Positions 24,862-32,846 of a stretch of 37,747 nucleotides of DNA are shown in pieces. The first letter of the stretch is position 1; each line of letters starts with the position of its first letter. The notes below the pieces were generated by a model that did no database searches, was not told where the DNA came from, and saw nothing but the letters and a program-made list of their open reading frames with translations. This DNA comes from a virus. The stretch is from IMG/VR virus record IMGVR_UViG_3300045988_054873; one strand, given 5' to 3'. The position numbers were made by a program, and so were the translations under genes.

Positions 24862-25699
24862 TTTCCGCATCCCTCCTTATCTGCTCCATAAGGTTGTCAA
24901 ATTGTTCTTCTCTCGAATCTTTTTTCCATGACGATTTTTTATTTGCATTTTTCAACTTATCCCAGACAATACCCTGATAACCATTCGATATACTTTCGTT
25001 AATAACGTTTGTAACAGCTTCATCACCAAACTGACTCGACTTATCCGATATTGTTTTTAAAAGTGTCCGAAGTCCCATCTCTTTGTATTTAAAATTTCTC
25101 TCTTCCTTGTAACCGATCCAGTTGTTTACTGCTTCTAAAAGGTAGTCAGATATATTTACTTCTAAAAGTAATTTATTTAATAAATCTTTATATTTATTTC
25201 TTTTATTAACAGTATCAGTATCAGTAACAGAATCAGATACAGTATCAGTAACAGTAACAGATGTATCACTACAATTTGTATTGATACAAGTTGTATCGAT
25301 ACCGTATCCAGAATGATCACCATTATAGATTTTTTTCAGATAATCTCTGAACGAATCACACTTAATATTTTCGATTTCTCTCAGTAATGGCTTTCTAAAT
25401 TTTTCTGAATTAGTCCAATTATATTTGTGCCAATTTAACAGTAAAATTTCCTTTGTTTCATCAGAAAATCTAACCACGTTATGCACAAATTCAAAACGTC
25501 TTATAAGGTTTTCAATACTGTCTTTACTGTACCCTGTTTCATTTGCAATTTGCTTAAGGCTAATTTCATAACAACCGCTTAAATTAGTGTGAGGATTGGT
25601 GAACAAGTACAGATAAAAATACTTGTCTTCCGCCGTAAAATCATCAGTAACTTTTCTGTCTGTCCAAAATGTCATTGATACGGTTCTGTATATCGCCAT
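24851..25699 (-). CDS. Replication initiator / replisome organizer (DnaD-related, DUF4373-like N-terminus)
   Basis: ATG at 25699 (SD GAGGAGG). MAIYRTVSMTFWTDRKVTDDFTAEDKYFYLYLFTNPHTNLSGCYEISLKQIANETGYS... The central T/D/S/V low-complexity linker is encoded by hexamer repeats. Confidence 0.65.
   Translation of the reverse strand: MAIYRTVSMTFWTDRKVTDDFTAEDKYFYLYLFTNPHTNLSGCYEISLKQIANETGYSKDSIENLIRRFEFVHNVVRFSDETKEILLLNWHKYNWTNSEKFRKPLLREIENIKCDSFRDYLKKIYNGDHSGYGIDTTCINTNCSDTSVTVTDTVSDSVTDTDTVNKRNKYKDLLNKLLLEVNISDYLLEAVNNWIGYKEERNFKYKEMGLRTLLKTISDKSSQFGDEAVTNVINESISNGYQGIVWDKLKNANKKSSWKKDSREEQFDNLMEQIRRDAENDN
25150..25302. other. Candidate replication origin inside the initiator gene (AT-rich block + hexamer iterons + palindromes)
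   Basis: 25150-25208 is roughly 85% A+T by eye. Nine consecutive [A/T]CAG[T/A][A/T] hexamers span 25209-25262, with the 12-mer ACAGTATCAGTA at 25209 and 25239. Palindromes are GTATTGATAC (25278-25287) and GTATCGATAC (25293-25302). Confidence 0.4.
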
Positions 25700-26003
25700 C
25701 TTGCACCTCCTCAAAATAAAATCTAATCGGTTTATCTGCTATTTTATAATATTTACTTATCATTCGCCCTTGATGATTCTTTGCAAGTAATTCAGATAAC
25801 TTTTTACGAAATTCTTCCACAGAAAGAGTTCCCTTGCTCATATTGCAATCGGGACACGCCGGGACTAAATTATTGTGTTGTTTTCCGTTTTTTCTTTGTG
25901 CTAAATAATGGTCTATATGAAAATTATTTGCATCTAAATCACAGCCACAATAAAAACATCTTCCGTTAGTTATTCCGTAAATTTTCTTTCTGTTTAAAGT
26001 CAC
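25644..26003 (-). CDS. HNH endonuclease
   Basis: GTG start (SD AAAGGAG). ...GRCFYCGCDLDANNFHIDHYLAQRKNGKQHNNLVPACPDCNMSKG is the HNH motif with two CxxC pairs. Confidence 0.8.
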   Translation of the reverse strand: MTLNRKKIYGITNGRCFYCGCDLDANNFHIDHYLAQRKNGKQHNNLVPACPDCNMSKGTLSVEEFRKKLSELLAKNHQGRMISKYYKIADKPIRFYFEEVQDGDIQNRINDILDRQKSY

Positions 26004-26032
26004 TTCCTTACACTCCTTTCAAGTTCTGGTAT

Positions 26033-26197
26033 TCACTCAAATACCCCCAGTTCTTTTATGGTGTCCACACAAACACCGAATCTATTTAAGACTTGATTTC
26101 CACCATTTGGCGGTCTGTCATAGGCACAGTCTTTGTATGGACAGATAAAGCAGTTCGGGTACTGGCAGTATGTAGGTTTGGCATTTCTTTTTTCCAT
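26033..26197 (-). CDS. 54-aa Cys-rich ORF (candidate)
   Basis: MEKRNAKPTYCQYPNCFICPYKDCAYDRPPNGGNQVLNRFGVCVDTIKELGVFE. Weak SD (GGGGA). Fills an otherwise empty 218-bp gap. Confidence 0.3.
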   Translation of the reverse strand: MEKRNAKPTYCQYPNCFICPYKDCAYDRPPNGGNQVLNRFGVCVDTIKELGVFE

Positions 26198-26221
26198 GTT
26201 TTTCCCCGCTTTCTGCTAATT

Positions 26222-26932
26222 CTAATTCGGGTACAGTGCTTTTAAAGAAAGCTTAATCACAAAATCCATTGATTCCTGTTTTGTAAATCCAGCTTTCTCA
26301 AGATCACTCCGAATTTCATACATTGCTTTTGCAAAATCTTGTGTTTCTTTTTTTGGCTCTTCTTTTTCTTTATCGCCAAATACAGTCTTATACGCTGCTC
26401 TAATTTCTTCGTCGGACATTTTATATGTTCCATCCGGATATTTTGTTTTGAAATGTACACCTCTGCCACAACGGCATTTTCTTCCTCCTAAGTCGCAATC
26501 ACTACACTTTTTTGAAAAATCACTGCAATATTTGTAAAGTTTATCTCTCATTTCCTTTACACTGATTTCATAGCTAACCCCCATCAATCTTTCAAATGCC
26601 AATTTCGCACCGATGTAAAAATCAAATTCATCATCCGGGTGACACCTTGCAATAGCCTTTGATCTAGAAACTTTATCCAACGCGATCACCTGATTTTCTT
26701 TTCTATAAATCACGATGGTTTCATTGATACTTTCAATTTCTTCTGGTTCGAGAAAACAAGACAATCCACGTACTTTATCAGTAATAAGCAAAAGTTTTCC
26801 GCCAGAACAAATACCATCAATTTTCACAGCTTTCCCAATCAGATAATCCATCTCGCCTTTTTTATTCCAGCCATCCGGTCTTTTATTAAACTTCTTTACT
26901 CTTACATAATCTCCAACTTTAAATTTGCTCAT
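26222..26932 (-). CDS. Hypothetical protein (236 aa)
   Basis: ORF. N-terminal KOW/SH3-like stretch, then central ...AIARCHPDDEFDFYIGAKLAFERL... No function assigned. Confidence 0.55.
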   Translation of the reverse strand: MSKFKVGDYVRVKKFNKRPDGWNKKGEMDYLIGKAVKIDGICSGGKLLLITDKVRGLSCFLEPEEIESINETIVIYRKENQVIALDKVSRSKAIARCHPDDEFDFYIGAKLAFERLMGVSYEISVKEMRDKLYKYCSDFSKKCSDCDLGGRKCRCGRGVHFKTKYPDGTYKMSDEEIRAAYKTVFGDKEKEEPKKETQDFAKAMYEIRSDLEKAGFTKQESMDFVIKLSLKALYPN

Positions 26933-26960
26933 AAAGCACCTCTTTCCATAAATTAATCAA

Positions 26961-27383
26961 TTAAAAAGGAAGTTCCTCGTCGATATTGTCCGGGATATCC
27001 ATGAAACCATCACTGTCAGTCATTGCAACAGGTGGTTCCTGTGTATTTGCACTCTGCTGATTTGAATTTTTGCTTTCAGCAAACTCAAATTCTCTCATAA
27101 TGAACTGGACTGTATTTACTTTTGTACCATCATTCTTTGTGTACTGGTTTTGATTTGCTTCACACTCTGCCAGAATCTTAGTTCCTTTTCTCAAATATTT
27201 TTCGACTGTTTCAGCAACTTTGCCAAATGCAACCATATTAAAGAAGTTGGCTTTTTTGTTCTTACCAAATCCAGAATCAACAGCTAAACCGAAATTAGCG
27301 ATTGCCATTTGACCGTTTGCTCCGTTACTGTATCTCACTTCCGGATCTCTTGTAATGCGCCCCATAAAAATGACTTTATTCAT
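26961..27383 (-). CDS. ssb: Single-stranded DNA-binding protein
   Basis: MNKVIFMGRITRDPEVRY... is an OB fold, with an acidic C-terminal tip DIPDNIDEELPF. Confidence 0.9.
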   Translation of the reverse strand: MNKVIFMGRITRDPEVRYSNGANGQMAIANFGLAVDSGFGKNKKANFFNMVAFGKVAETVEKYLRKGTKILAECEANQNQYTKNDGTKVNTVQFIMREFEFAESKNSNQQSANTQEPPVAMTDSDGFMDIPDNIDEELPF

Positions 27384-27657
27384 CGTTTCCACCATCCTCC
27401 GGAATGTTCATAAATGGTTTATCTGTAAGTTCTACGTTTGCAACGTATATGCGATTAATACTGTTTGGCATTACGTTGAACGTAACCTCAGAATCAAACA
27501 AAACACTCTTAAATCTCAGTGCTCCGTTTCTTCCGAAACCAAGAAATGTTCCAGTAAAGCATTTTCCGATAGCTTCGAAAACCACCGTATCTCCCTCTTT
27601 AATTACCTGATTATCCGTTGCCATAGCGGATATTGTTGTTTCTTTTTTAATCTGCAT
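27376..27657 (-). CDS. Hypothetical protein (93 aa)
   Basis: ORF only. Confidence 0.5.
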   Translation of the reverse strand: MQIKKETTISAMATDNQVIKEGDTVVFEAIGKCFTGTFLGFGRNGALRFKSVLFDSEVTFNVMPNSINRIYVANVELTDKPFMNIPEDGGNDE

Positions 27658-27693
27658 TTTCTACCTCCTCAATTTCTATAATGATCCGTGGAT

Positions 27694-28647
27694 TTATACA
27701 TACCTGTATATAAATCCTTTAAACTTTTCTTTCTTTCCATTGCAACATTCGATCACGCCACTTTTACAGCAATTATTTTGTCTAGCTGCTTCTGATGCAC
27801 TGGGATAAGTTGCAATATAATTCATTTTTAAATCATATTGATTAACTGGTTTCCTTAAAAAAACTTTTCTGCTTTTAACAGCCAAATCCTCAAATTTTGT
27901 ATATCCCTTTGTTATTCTTGATTCAATGGTATTCAAATTAACACCTGTTATTTCCGAAAGTTCTTTTGGAGAAATGAATTTACCTTTGTAAAATATCAAT
28001 CTCTTTTTAGTTGTTTCCTTTTCAAGAGCGTCTTCTAAAGAATACCCTCTTTCCAAGCGTCCTTTCAGGGTCTCTAGTTTTAAATTGTGCTCTGTCGCAA
28101 TATCGACAAGTAATTTCTTACACCCATCAATTTGATAATACCTATTATTTCTTTTATTTCTGGTTTGTTCATGTTGAGTAACCCACCTACAGTTTTCCGG
28201 GCAATAATTTCCATTATTATCCACTCTATCAATAGTTAAATTATCTGAATAGCCATTACGAATAGACCACATATAGAAATTTTCAAACCCATCTTCAGTA
28301 TTGTCCCAATCTTCACATACAGATATACCCCTTTCTCCATACAAGGCATAATTGTCAGAATACTCTTTATTACATCTGGTTCGCATATTATTCCATATTC
28401 TATATAACCTTGTATTTGATAAATTATGTTTGCTAGTAGCTTTTTTACGTTGTTCTTTTCCATAACACCCGCAAGATAATGTACTTCCGTATCTCAGTTG
28501 ATTCCCTCTTACCCAAACGACATTACCGCAAGCGCAATTACATTCAAAATAAGCGTTTTGATTTTTAGTTCCTTTTCTTAATTCATATTTTCCAGTAGCC
28601 ACTAATCTTCCATATCTAGTGCCTTTTGGTATAATTTTTACTGGCAA
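27694..28647 (-). CDS. HNH-type homing endonuclease-like protein with a C-terminal NUMOD/IENR-like DNA-binding module
   Basis: 317 aa. ...LTIDRVDNNGNYCPENCRWVTQHEQTRNK is an HNH_3-type motif. The C-terminus is ...YPSASEAARQNNCCKSGVIECCNGKKEKFKGFIYRY. Confidence 0.7.
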   Translation of the reverse strand: MPVKIIPKGTRYGRLVATGKYELRKGTKNQNAYFECNCACGNVVWVRGNQLRYGSTLSCGCYGKEQRKKATSKHNLSNTRLYRIWNNMRTRCNKEYSDNYALYGERGISVCEDWDNTEDGFENFYMWSIRNGYSDNLTIDRVDNNGNYCPENCRWVTQHEQTRNKRNNRYYQIDGCKKLLVDIATEHNLKLETLKGRLERGYSLEDALEKETTKKRLIFYKGKFISPKELSEITGVNLNTIESRITKGYTKFEDLAVKSRKVFLRKPVNQYDLKMNYIATYPSASEAARQNNCCKSGVIECCNGKKEKFKGFIYRYV

Positions 28648-29048
28648 TTCATCACTTCCACTTCAATTACAATTTTTGGATTTTCTCTACATAATTCCGT
28701 ATGGAATTCACTATCATAGACATGATCCCATGAATCATTTTTTATTACTCCAGCTAGTTGTAGTGCATCAAGAAAAGACTTGTCAACGCTATATAGATTT
28801 GTTCTATCATGCCTTTTGTCCTTTGCGTAAATCCAATAAATACATCGGATTGGTTTATCAATTTTAACGCCTTTCATACACTTATTAATTGCGCGTAAAC
28901 ATATTTGATCATTTGACCTTTTCACCGGATTTCTATACCTTTTAGTTCGGTAATCATAGATCTTCCCATCCAAAAGTTCATTAAGTCCTTTTATCGGGAA
29001 TCTACCGCACTTATTCGGTATTTCTACTGTATATTTAATAGCAGCCAC
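28638..29048 (-). CDS. RusA-like Holliday junction resolvase
   Basis: 136 aa. ...KRHDRTNLYSVDKSFLDALQLAGVIKNDSWDHV resembles the RusA D-x-(D/T)-N...K...DAL...(D/N)D catalytic region. Confidence 0.5.
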   Translation of the reverse strand: MAAIKYTVEIPNKCGRFPIKGLNELLDGKIYDYRTKRYRNPVKRSNDQICLRAINKCMKGVKIDKPIRCIYWIYAKDKRHDRTNLYSVDKSFLDALQLAGVIKNDSWDHVYDSEFHTELCRENPKIVIEVEVMNCQ

Positions 29049-29053
29049 CTCCG

Positions 29054-30184
29054 TTAATCTGGAATATAATCTTCCTCTTTAGCTTCAATAACTTGTCCAT
29101 TCTTCATGGTGTACCACGTATTATCTTTGATTTTTTCTCCGTCAACTCTGACCATCATAGAGCCTTTAAATGTCCATGATTTTTCTCCCAAGTAGTAGCC
29201 ATCATTCTTTTCCCATTCAGCAAATACCAAGGTAGCACCAATTACACCTTTTGCCCTAGATTCATGCCCCCAAGCAACAGCAACACTATTTTCGTGATCT
29301 GCAATAGTAGATCCGCGATAACCAGTATTGGAAGACGCTCCACAGTTACCTGTGTTGGAAGATGCTCCATAGTCACCTGTATTGGAAGACGCTCCACAGT
29401 AACCTGTGTTGGAAGATGCTCCCCTGTAACCTGTATTGGAAGACGCTCCACCGTCACCTGTGTTGGAAGATGCTCCCCTGTAACCTGTATTGGAAGACGC
29501 TCCCCTGTAACCTGTATTGGAAGACGCTCCCCTGTTACCTGTATTGGAAGACGCTCCACCGTCACCTGTATTGGAAGACGCTCCCCTGTTACCTGTATTG
29601 GAAGACGCTCCACCGTCACCTGTATTGGAAGACGCTCCACTGTCACCTGTATTGGAAGATGCTCCACAGTCACCTGTGTTGGAAGATGCTCCACAGTCAC
29701 CTGTATTGGAAGATGCTCCATAGTCACCTGTATTGGAAGACGCTCCCCTGTAACCTGTATTGGAAGACGCTCCCATGTAACCTGTATTGGAAGACGCTCC
29801 ACAGTTACCTGTATTGGAAGACGCTCCCCTGTTACCTGTATTGTGTTTTTCTCCTGAATCTTTTGCTCTTTCCGTGGTATATTCAATAGCAGCTTTTACT
29901 AAACCAGCTATTGAAATTTCTGCACCGATTTTAATTTTGGTCGATGCTAATTTTGAATCATCATTTCTCTTTGAAATTTCACCGCTTTGTTCAACTTCAT
30001 GAAATACGCTTTGATTTGGTGAGAAGTAATTAAAACAATCCAAAGGATATTCACATGCATGAAATCCATAATTGCAACAACTAGCTGAGTCAGTCTCATA
30101 CTCTTTTCCTTCCTCGTACTGAAATCCACCACAGCAAGTCATATCCGTATTGAATCCCTTGTAAGATTTTATAATTTCTTCCAT
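29054..30184 (-). CDS. Repeat protein: Cys-rich N-terminal domain + 19 x GASSNTGxx nonapeptides + C-terminal domain (function unknown)
   Basis: 376 aa. The N-terminus is MEEIIKSYKGFNTDMTCCGGFQYEEGKEYETDSASCCNYGFHACEYPLDCFNYF. The repeats vary only at positions 8-9. The C-terminus is ...ENSVAVAWGHESRAKGVIGATLVF...DNTWYTMKNGQVIE. Confidence 0.8.
   Translation of the reverse strand: MEEIIKSYKGFNTDMTCCGGFQYEEGKEYETDSASCCNYGFHACEYPLDCFNYFSPNQSVFHEVEQSGEISKRNDDSKLASTKIKIGAEISIAGLVKAAIEYTTERAKDSGEKHNTGNRGASSNTGNCGASSNTGYMGASSNTGYRGASSNTGDYGASSNTGDCGASSNTGDCGASSNTGDSGASSNTGDGGASSNTGNRGASSNTGDGGASSNTGNRGASSNTGYRGASSNTGYRGASSNTGDGGASSNTGYRGASSNTGYCGASSNTGDYGASSNTGNCGASSNTGYRGSTIADHENSVAVAWGHESRAKGVIGATLVFAEWEKNDGYYLGEKSWTFKGSMMVRVDGEKIKDNTWYTMKNGQVIEAKEEDYIPD
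29315..29842. repeat. Tandem 27-bp repeat array (19 full units + 1 partial)
   Basis: The plus-strand unit is NNNGTN-ACCTGT(A/G)TTGGAAGA(C/T)GCTCC. The 21-bp core is invariant except for two synonymous sites. The array is open in several frames on both strands. Confidence 0.95.
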
Positions 30185-30192
30185 ATTTCCCC

Positions 30193-30894
30193 CTATTCTT
30201 CAACAATAGTAGCTTCAACATCTATTGAATTGCTATCATCATCCTTAAGCAGATCATTCAGATTTGTCTGCTTTTCTGGTTGTTGATTAAAATCATTATC
30301 AAGCATCTCTTCTTTTGTATAAAATCCGCTCGTAAGTTCCGGGCAATTAAGATTTGCAAAAAAACTAGCCGAACGATATCTGAGCATTAATGCTGGAAGT
30401 GTTTTCCACTTACTACCATTCTTCTTTGTCCATCCTTCTGCTTCTGCCATATCCATAGTTACTTTAATGCCGTCTACACGGCGACCATCTTTAGTTGTCC
30501 AACATCTACAAGAATATGGTTTTCCAGACTTTTCTTCTTCCTCAAATTGCAACTCCATATCGTACTTCCCAGATGCATTAATCATGGCAATCAAAAAACT
30601 GGATTTCCATGATATTTTTCCCTGAATCATGTACATATTCTGCATGACTGTGAACGGGTCAATATTCATTTTCTGAGCCTGAGAAATGGCTACCATGCAG
30701 TTAGCTTCGTTCCTCTGGAAATGTTGAGGAACGATTGTTGATTGACTGAGAGCCTGAGCCATTTTCCTTGCCATAGTAAAGCTATCAGAACTTCCATAGA
30801 TACTATGCTCAAAGTCAGCTACCATGTTCACGTGTTCTGATTTTGTAGCAACCTCTTTTTTTTCTTCCTGAATAACTGGTTTATTTTCTTCCAT
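30193..30894 (-). CDS. recT: RecT/Red-beta-family single-strand annealing protein
   Basis: 233 aa. ...MNIDPFTVMQNMYMIQGKISW...GSKWKTLPALMLRYRSASFFANL parallels conserved RecT/Bet blocks. Paired with an exonuclease gene. Confidence 0.65.
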   Translation of the reverse strand: MEENKPVIQEEKKEVATKSEHVNMVADFEHSIYGSSDSFTMARKMAQALSQSTIVPQHFQRNEANCMVAISQAQKMNIDPFTVMQNMYMIQGKISWKSSFLIAMINASGKYDMELQFEEEEKSGKPYSCRCWTTKDGRRVDGIKVTMDMAEAEGWTKKNGSKWKTLPALMLRYRSASFFANLNCPELTSGFYTKEEMLDNDFNQQPEKQTNLNDLLKDDDSNSIDVEATIVEE

Positions 30895-30897
30895 TTT

Positions 30898-31305
30898 TTA
30901 GTCCCCCATAAAACAACATTTTTGTAATAAATGAAGACAAAGTGTCATATAATCTTCTACTTGTTTATCGTTTGGATATCCGTCATTGTAATGACTGATC
31001 GCTAACAGGGTGTCACAACCAGAGCAAGATCCATAATAGGTATTTGTATAAACGTAATCAGAAACACTTGGTTGATACGTAGCTATATGAAGTAAAAATA
31101 TTTGCGTACCCTGATAATCCCCATCATCAATAATTGAGATGTTTTTTGTGTCAAATTTATTATTTACATTCGGATTAATTACCTTTTCAAAAAGGGCTTT
31201 AACAAGTGACTCGTATGATGTATACTTTTCTTGCTTTGTAGTTTTAAGAAACTTTTCTAAGTCACCTTTGTTTTTCTCCCAATATGTTGTAAATTCTTTA
31301 ATCAA
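30898..31305 (-). CDS. Hypothetical protein (135 aa) between the exonuclease and RecT genes
   Basis: ORF. Contains YYGSCSGCDTLLAI. No function assigned. Confidence 0.5.
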   Translation of the reverse strand: MIKEFTTYWEKNKGDLEKFLKTTKQEKYTSYESLVKALFEKVINPNVNNKFDTKNISIIDDGDYQGTQIFLLHIATYQPSVSDYVYTNTYYGSCSGCDTLLAISHYNDGYPNDKQVEDYMTLCLHLLQKCCFMGD

Positions 31306-32147
31306 TCTTCTCCCTCGCTTTCTACATAGCCATGTGCCTTTTTCATCCAGTCCGGTAAGCCAAGACTGCTTATCTGAACCTCGTCACGGAATCCCATGTA
31401 ACCACACCAATCATCTTTAGCAAGACACTCTTTGTACATTTCCAGAAGTGCCAAACGTGTATCAGCCCCAGAATGCATAAAATATTCATCTGCCTGTAAT
31501 ACATTGCATAAATATGGTGGGGTCTTCTCCTGAGCAACGAAAACAAAAATGTAATCGTCTCCGGTGACAGCTTTCATACCGTTACAGTAGTGTGCAGCTT
31601 GAATGTCGTAATTCAGTCGTACAGCATCTCTCATAAACTTCTGAGTGTCAGCCGACTGGCAAGTCTTTAAATCAACTATAATAGGTTGCTTTCCGACACT
31701 TCCGTAACTATCCGGTCTGCACTTGCAATACAGATCTGTTGCTTCATCATTCCAGAAGAAACTCTCTTCGTGGAATCCATATATAAGTTTTTTTACGTAA
31801 GGTGTGGCGTACAATGCATTCCTCATATCATCCAAAACCTGTAATGTGTCCTGTGTGATAATTTCCAGTCCGTCACTTTCTGCAACGAACTCAGCCCACT
31901 CTTCTTTTCCGGCTTTTGTTCTGCGGTCAATGTTCGGTGCCACAGCAAATTCATTGTAGAAATCCGATGGTTCTAAGCAGTATTTGTGGTACGCTCTTCC
32001 AAACTGCAAAGACGGTGTATCTTTGCTTTCTGGATGGTCATAGTAGTATTTATAATGAGCCATACTCTGAGCCATCCTCTTAATATCGGTAGAAGAAAGT
32101 CCGGCTCTTGACCTATATTCTTCATTTGAGATCTTTAATCCAGGCAT
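31302..32147 (-). CDS. PD-(D/E)XK exonuclease (RecE/DUF3799-like)
   Basis: ATG at 32147 (SD GGAGGGG). ...FGRAYHKYCLEP...CRPD...IIVDLKTCQS...YDIQAAHY is the PD-(D/E)xK pattern. Confidence 0.7.
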   Translation of the reverse strand: MPGLKISNEEYRSRAGLSSTDIKRMAQSMAHYKYYYDHPESKDTPSLQFGRAYHKYCLEPSDFYNEFAVAPNIDRRTKAGKEEWAEFVAESDGLEIITQDTLQVLDDMRNALYATPYVKKLIYGFHEESFFWNDEATDLYCKCRPDSYGSVGKQPIIVDLKTCQSADTQKFMRDAVRLNYDIQAAHYCNGMKAVTGDDYIFVFVAQEKTPPYLCNVLQADEYFMHSGADTRLALLEMYKECLAKDDWCGYMGFRDEVQISSLGLPDWMKKAHGYVESEGED

Positions 32148-32326
32148 ATTCCCCTCCGTAAATCTTCCAGGCATCTATCGCAAATCCAATCATCATCAAC
32201 ACAAACCGCTGATTCCTGTTGGATTGGCTCGTTGCAGTACGCACAAACCGGAAGATTCTTTAATCTATCTTCCATTTCCGCATCATATCTGTCGAAGTCC
32301 CTATGCGGATTGTCCGTCAGAATCAT
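32135..32326 (-). CDS. Small zinc-ribbon-like protein (63 aa)
   Basis: Contains CAYC...CDRC pairs. Confidence 0.5.
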   Translation of the reverse strand: MILTDNPHRDFDRYDAEMEDRLKNLPVCAYCNEPIQQESAVCVDDDWICDRCLEDLRRGICLD

Positions 32327-32615
32327 CAGATTTACGCTCCCTTCTTCTTTTGGCTACATCCAAAATCTTTTCCAAATACTCAACACAAGAATTGTAAACA
32401 ATGTCACTACACTCCTTGTTCAGTGAGAAGTAATAAGAGTTGTCAGACCTTGCACTGTAGTCCTGACCATGCTCCTTTACATACACGAGCAAATAATTAC
32501 CGTCTCCCTCTATCGAAAAGCAAACATACGGAAATCCTTTCTCACAATTAGATACTGTGGAAATATCCATAGCAAGCGACATAATTCTTTCAGCGTGTGT
32601 CTTAGCAAATAACAT
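32301..32615 (-). CDS. Hypothetical protein (104 aa)
   Basis: SD GAAAGGAG. ORF only. Confidence 0.5.
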   Translation of the reverse strand: MLFAKTHAERIMSLAMDISTVSNCEKGFPYVCFSIEGDGNYLLVYVKEHGQDYSARSDNSYYFSLNKECSDIVYNSCVEYLEKILDVAKRRRERKSDDSDGQSA

Positions 32616-32634
32616 ATCTTTCTCCTTTCAATTC

Positions 32635-32748
32635 TTAACAAAATAGGTGTACCAGTAAGCACATTGCCATCAATGCAACAAAGAAGAATGTTGCAAACAG
32701 AAACGTTACCACAAGGCATCCTATCTGATTCAATACTCTATTTTTCAT
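32635..32748 (-). CDS. 37-aa single-TM peptide (candidate)
   Basis: MKNRVLNQIGCLVVTFLFATFFFVALMAMCLLVHLFC. SD GGAG plus 5 nt. Overlaps the stop of the upstream peptide ORF. Confidence 0.35.
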   Translation of the reverse strand: MKNRVLNQIGCLVVTFLFATFFFVALMAMCLLVHLFC

Positions 32749-32845
32749 TGTTTCTCCATCCGCTTGCCAATGCTGCGACTACGATAGCAAGCAATTCTAC
32801 TCCGATAGTTGTAAGAACTCCCATCCAAAATGGATTTACGTACAT
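32738..32845 (-). CDS. 35-aa single-TM peptide (candidate)
   Basis: MYVNPFWMGVLTTIGVELLAIVVAALASGWRNNEK. SD AGGAGG plus 8 nt. The start abuts the Bro stop. Confidence 0.4.
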   Translation of the reverse strand: MYVNPFWMGVLTTIGVELLAIVVAALASGWRNNEK

Positions 32846-32846
32846 T

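Noticed and set aside
29315-29842. Possible CRISPR array or DGR variable region
   Set aside because: It is not CRISPR, because the units are contiguous with no spacers and lie within a CDS. It is not a DGR, because there is no reverse transcriptase or template repeat in the closed genome. The variable bases are also not restricted to adenine positions (codon 9 varies among AGG/TGT/TAT/GGT/AGT/ATG).
29242-29889. Four additional ORFs (175-214 aa, both strands) over the tandem repeats
   Set aside because: They are an artefact of a 27-bp (3n) repeat that lacks stops in several frames. Only the 29054..30184 frame has non-repetitive flanking domains, an SD and operon context.
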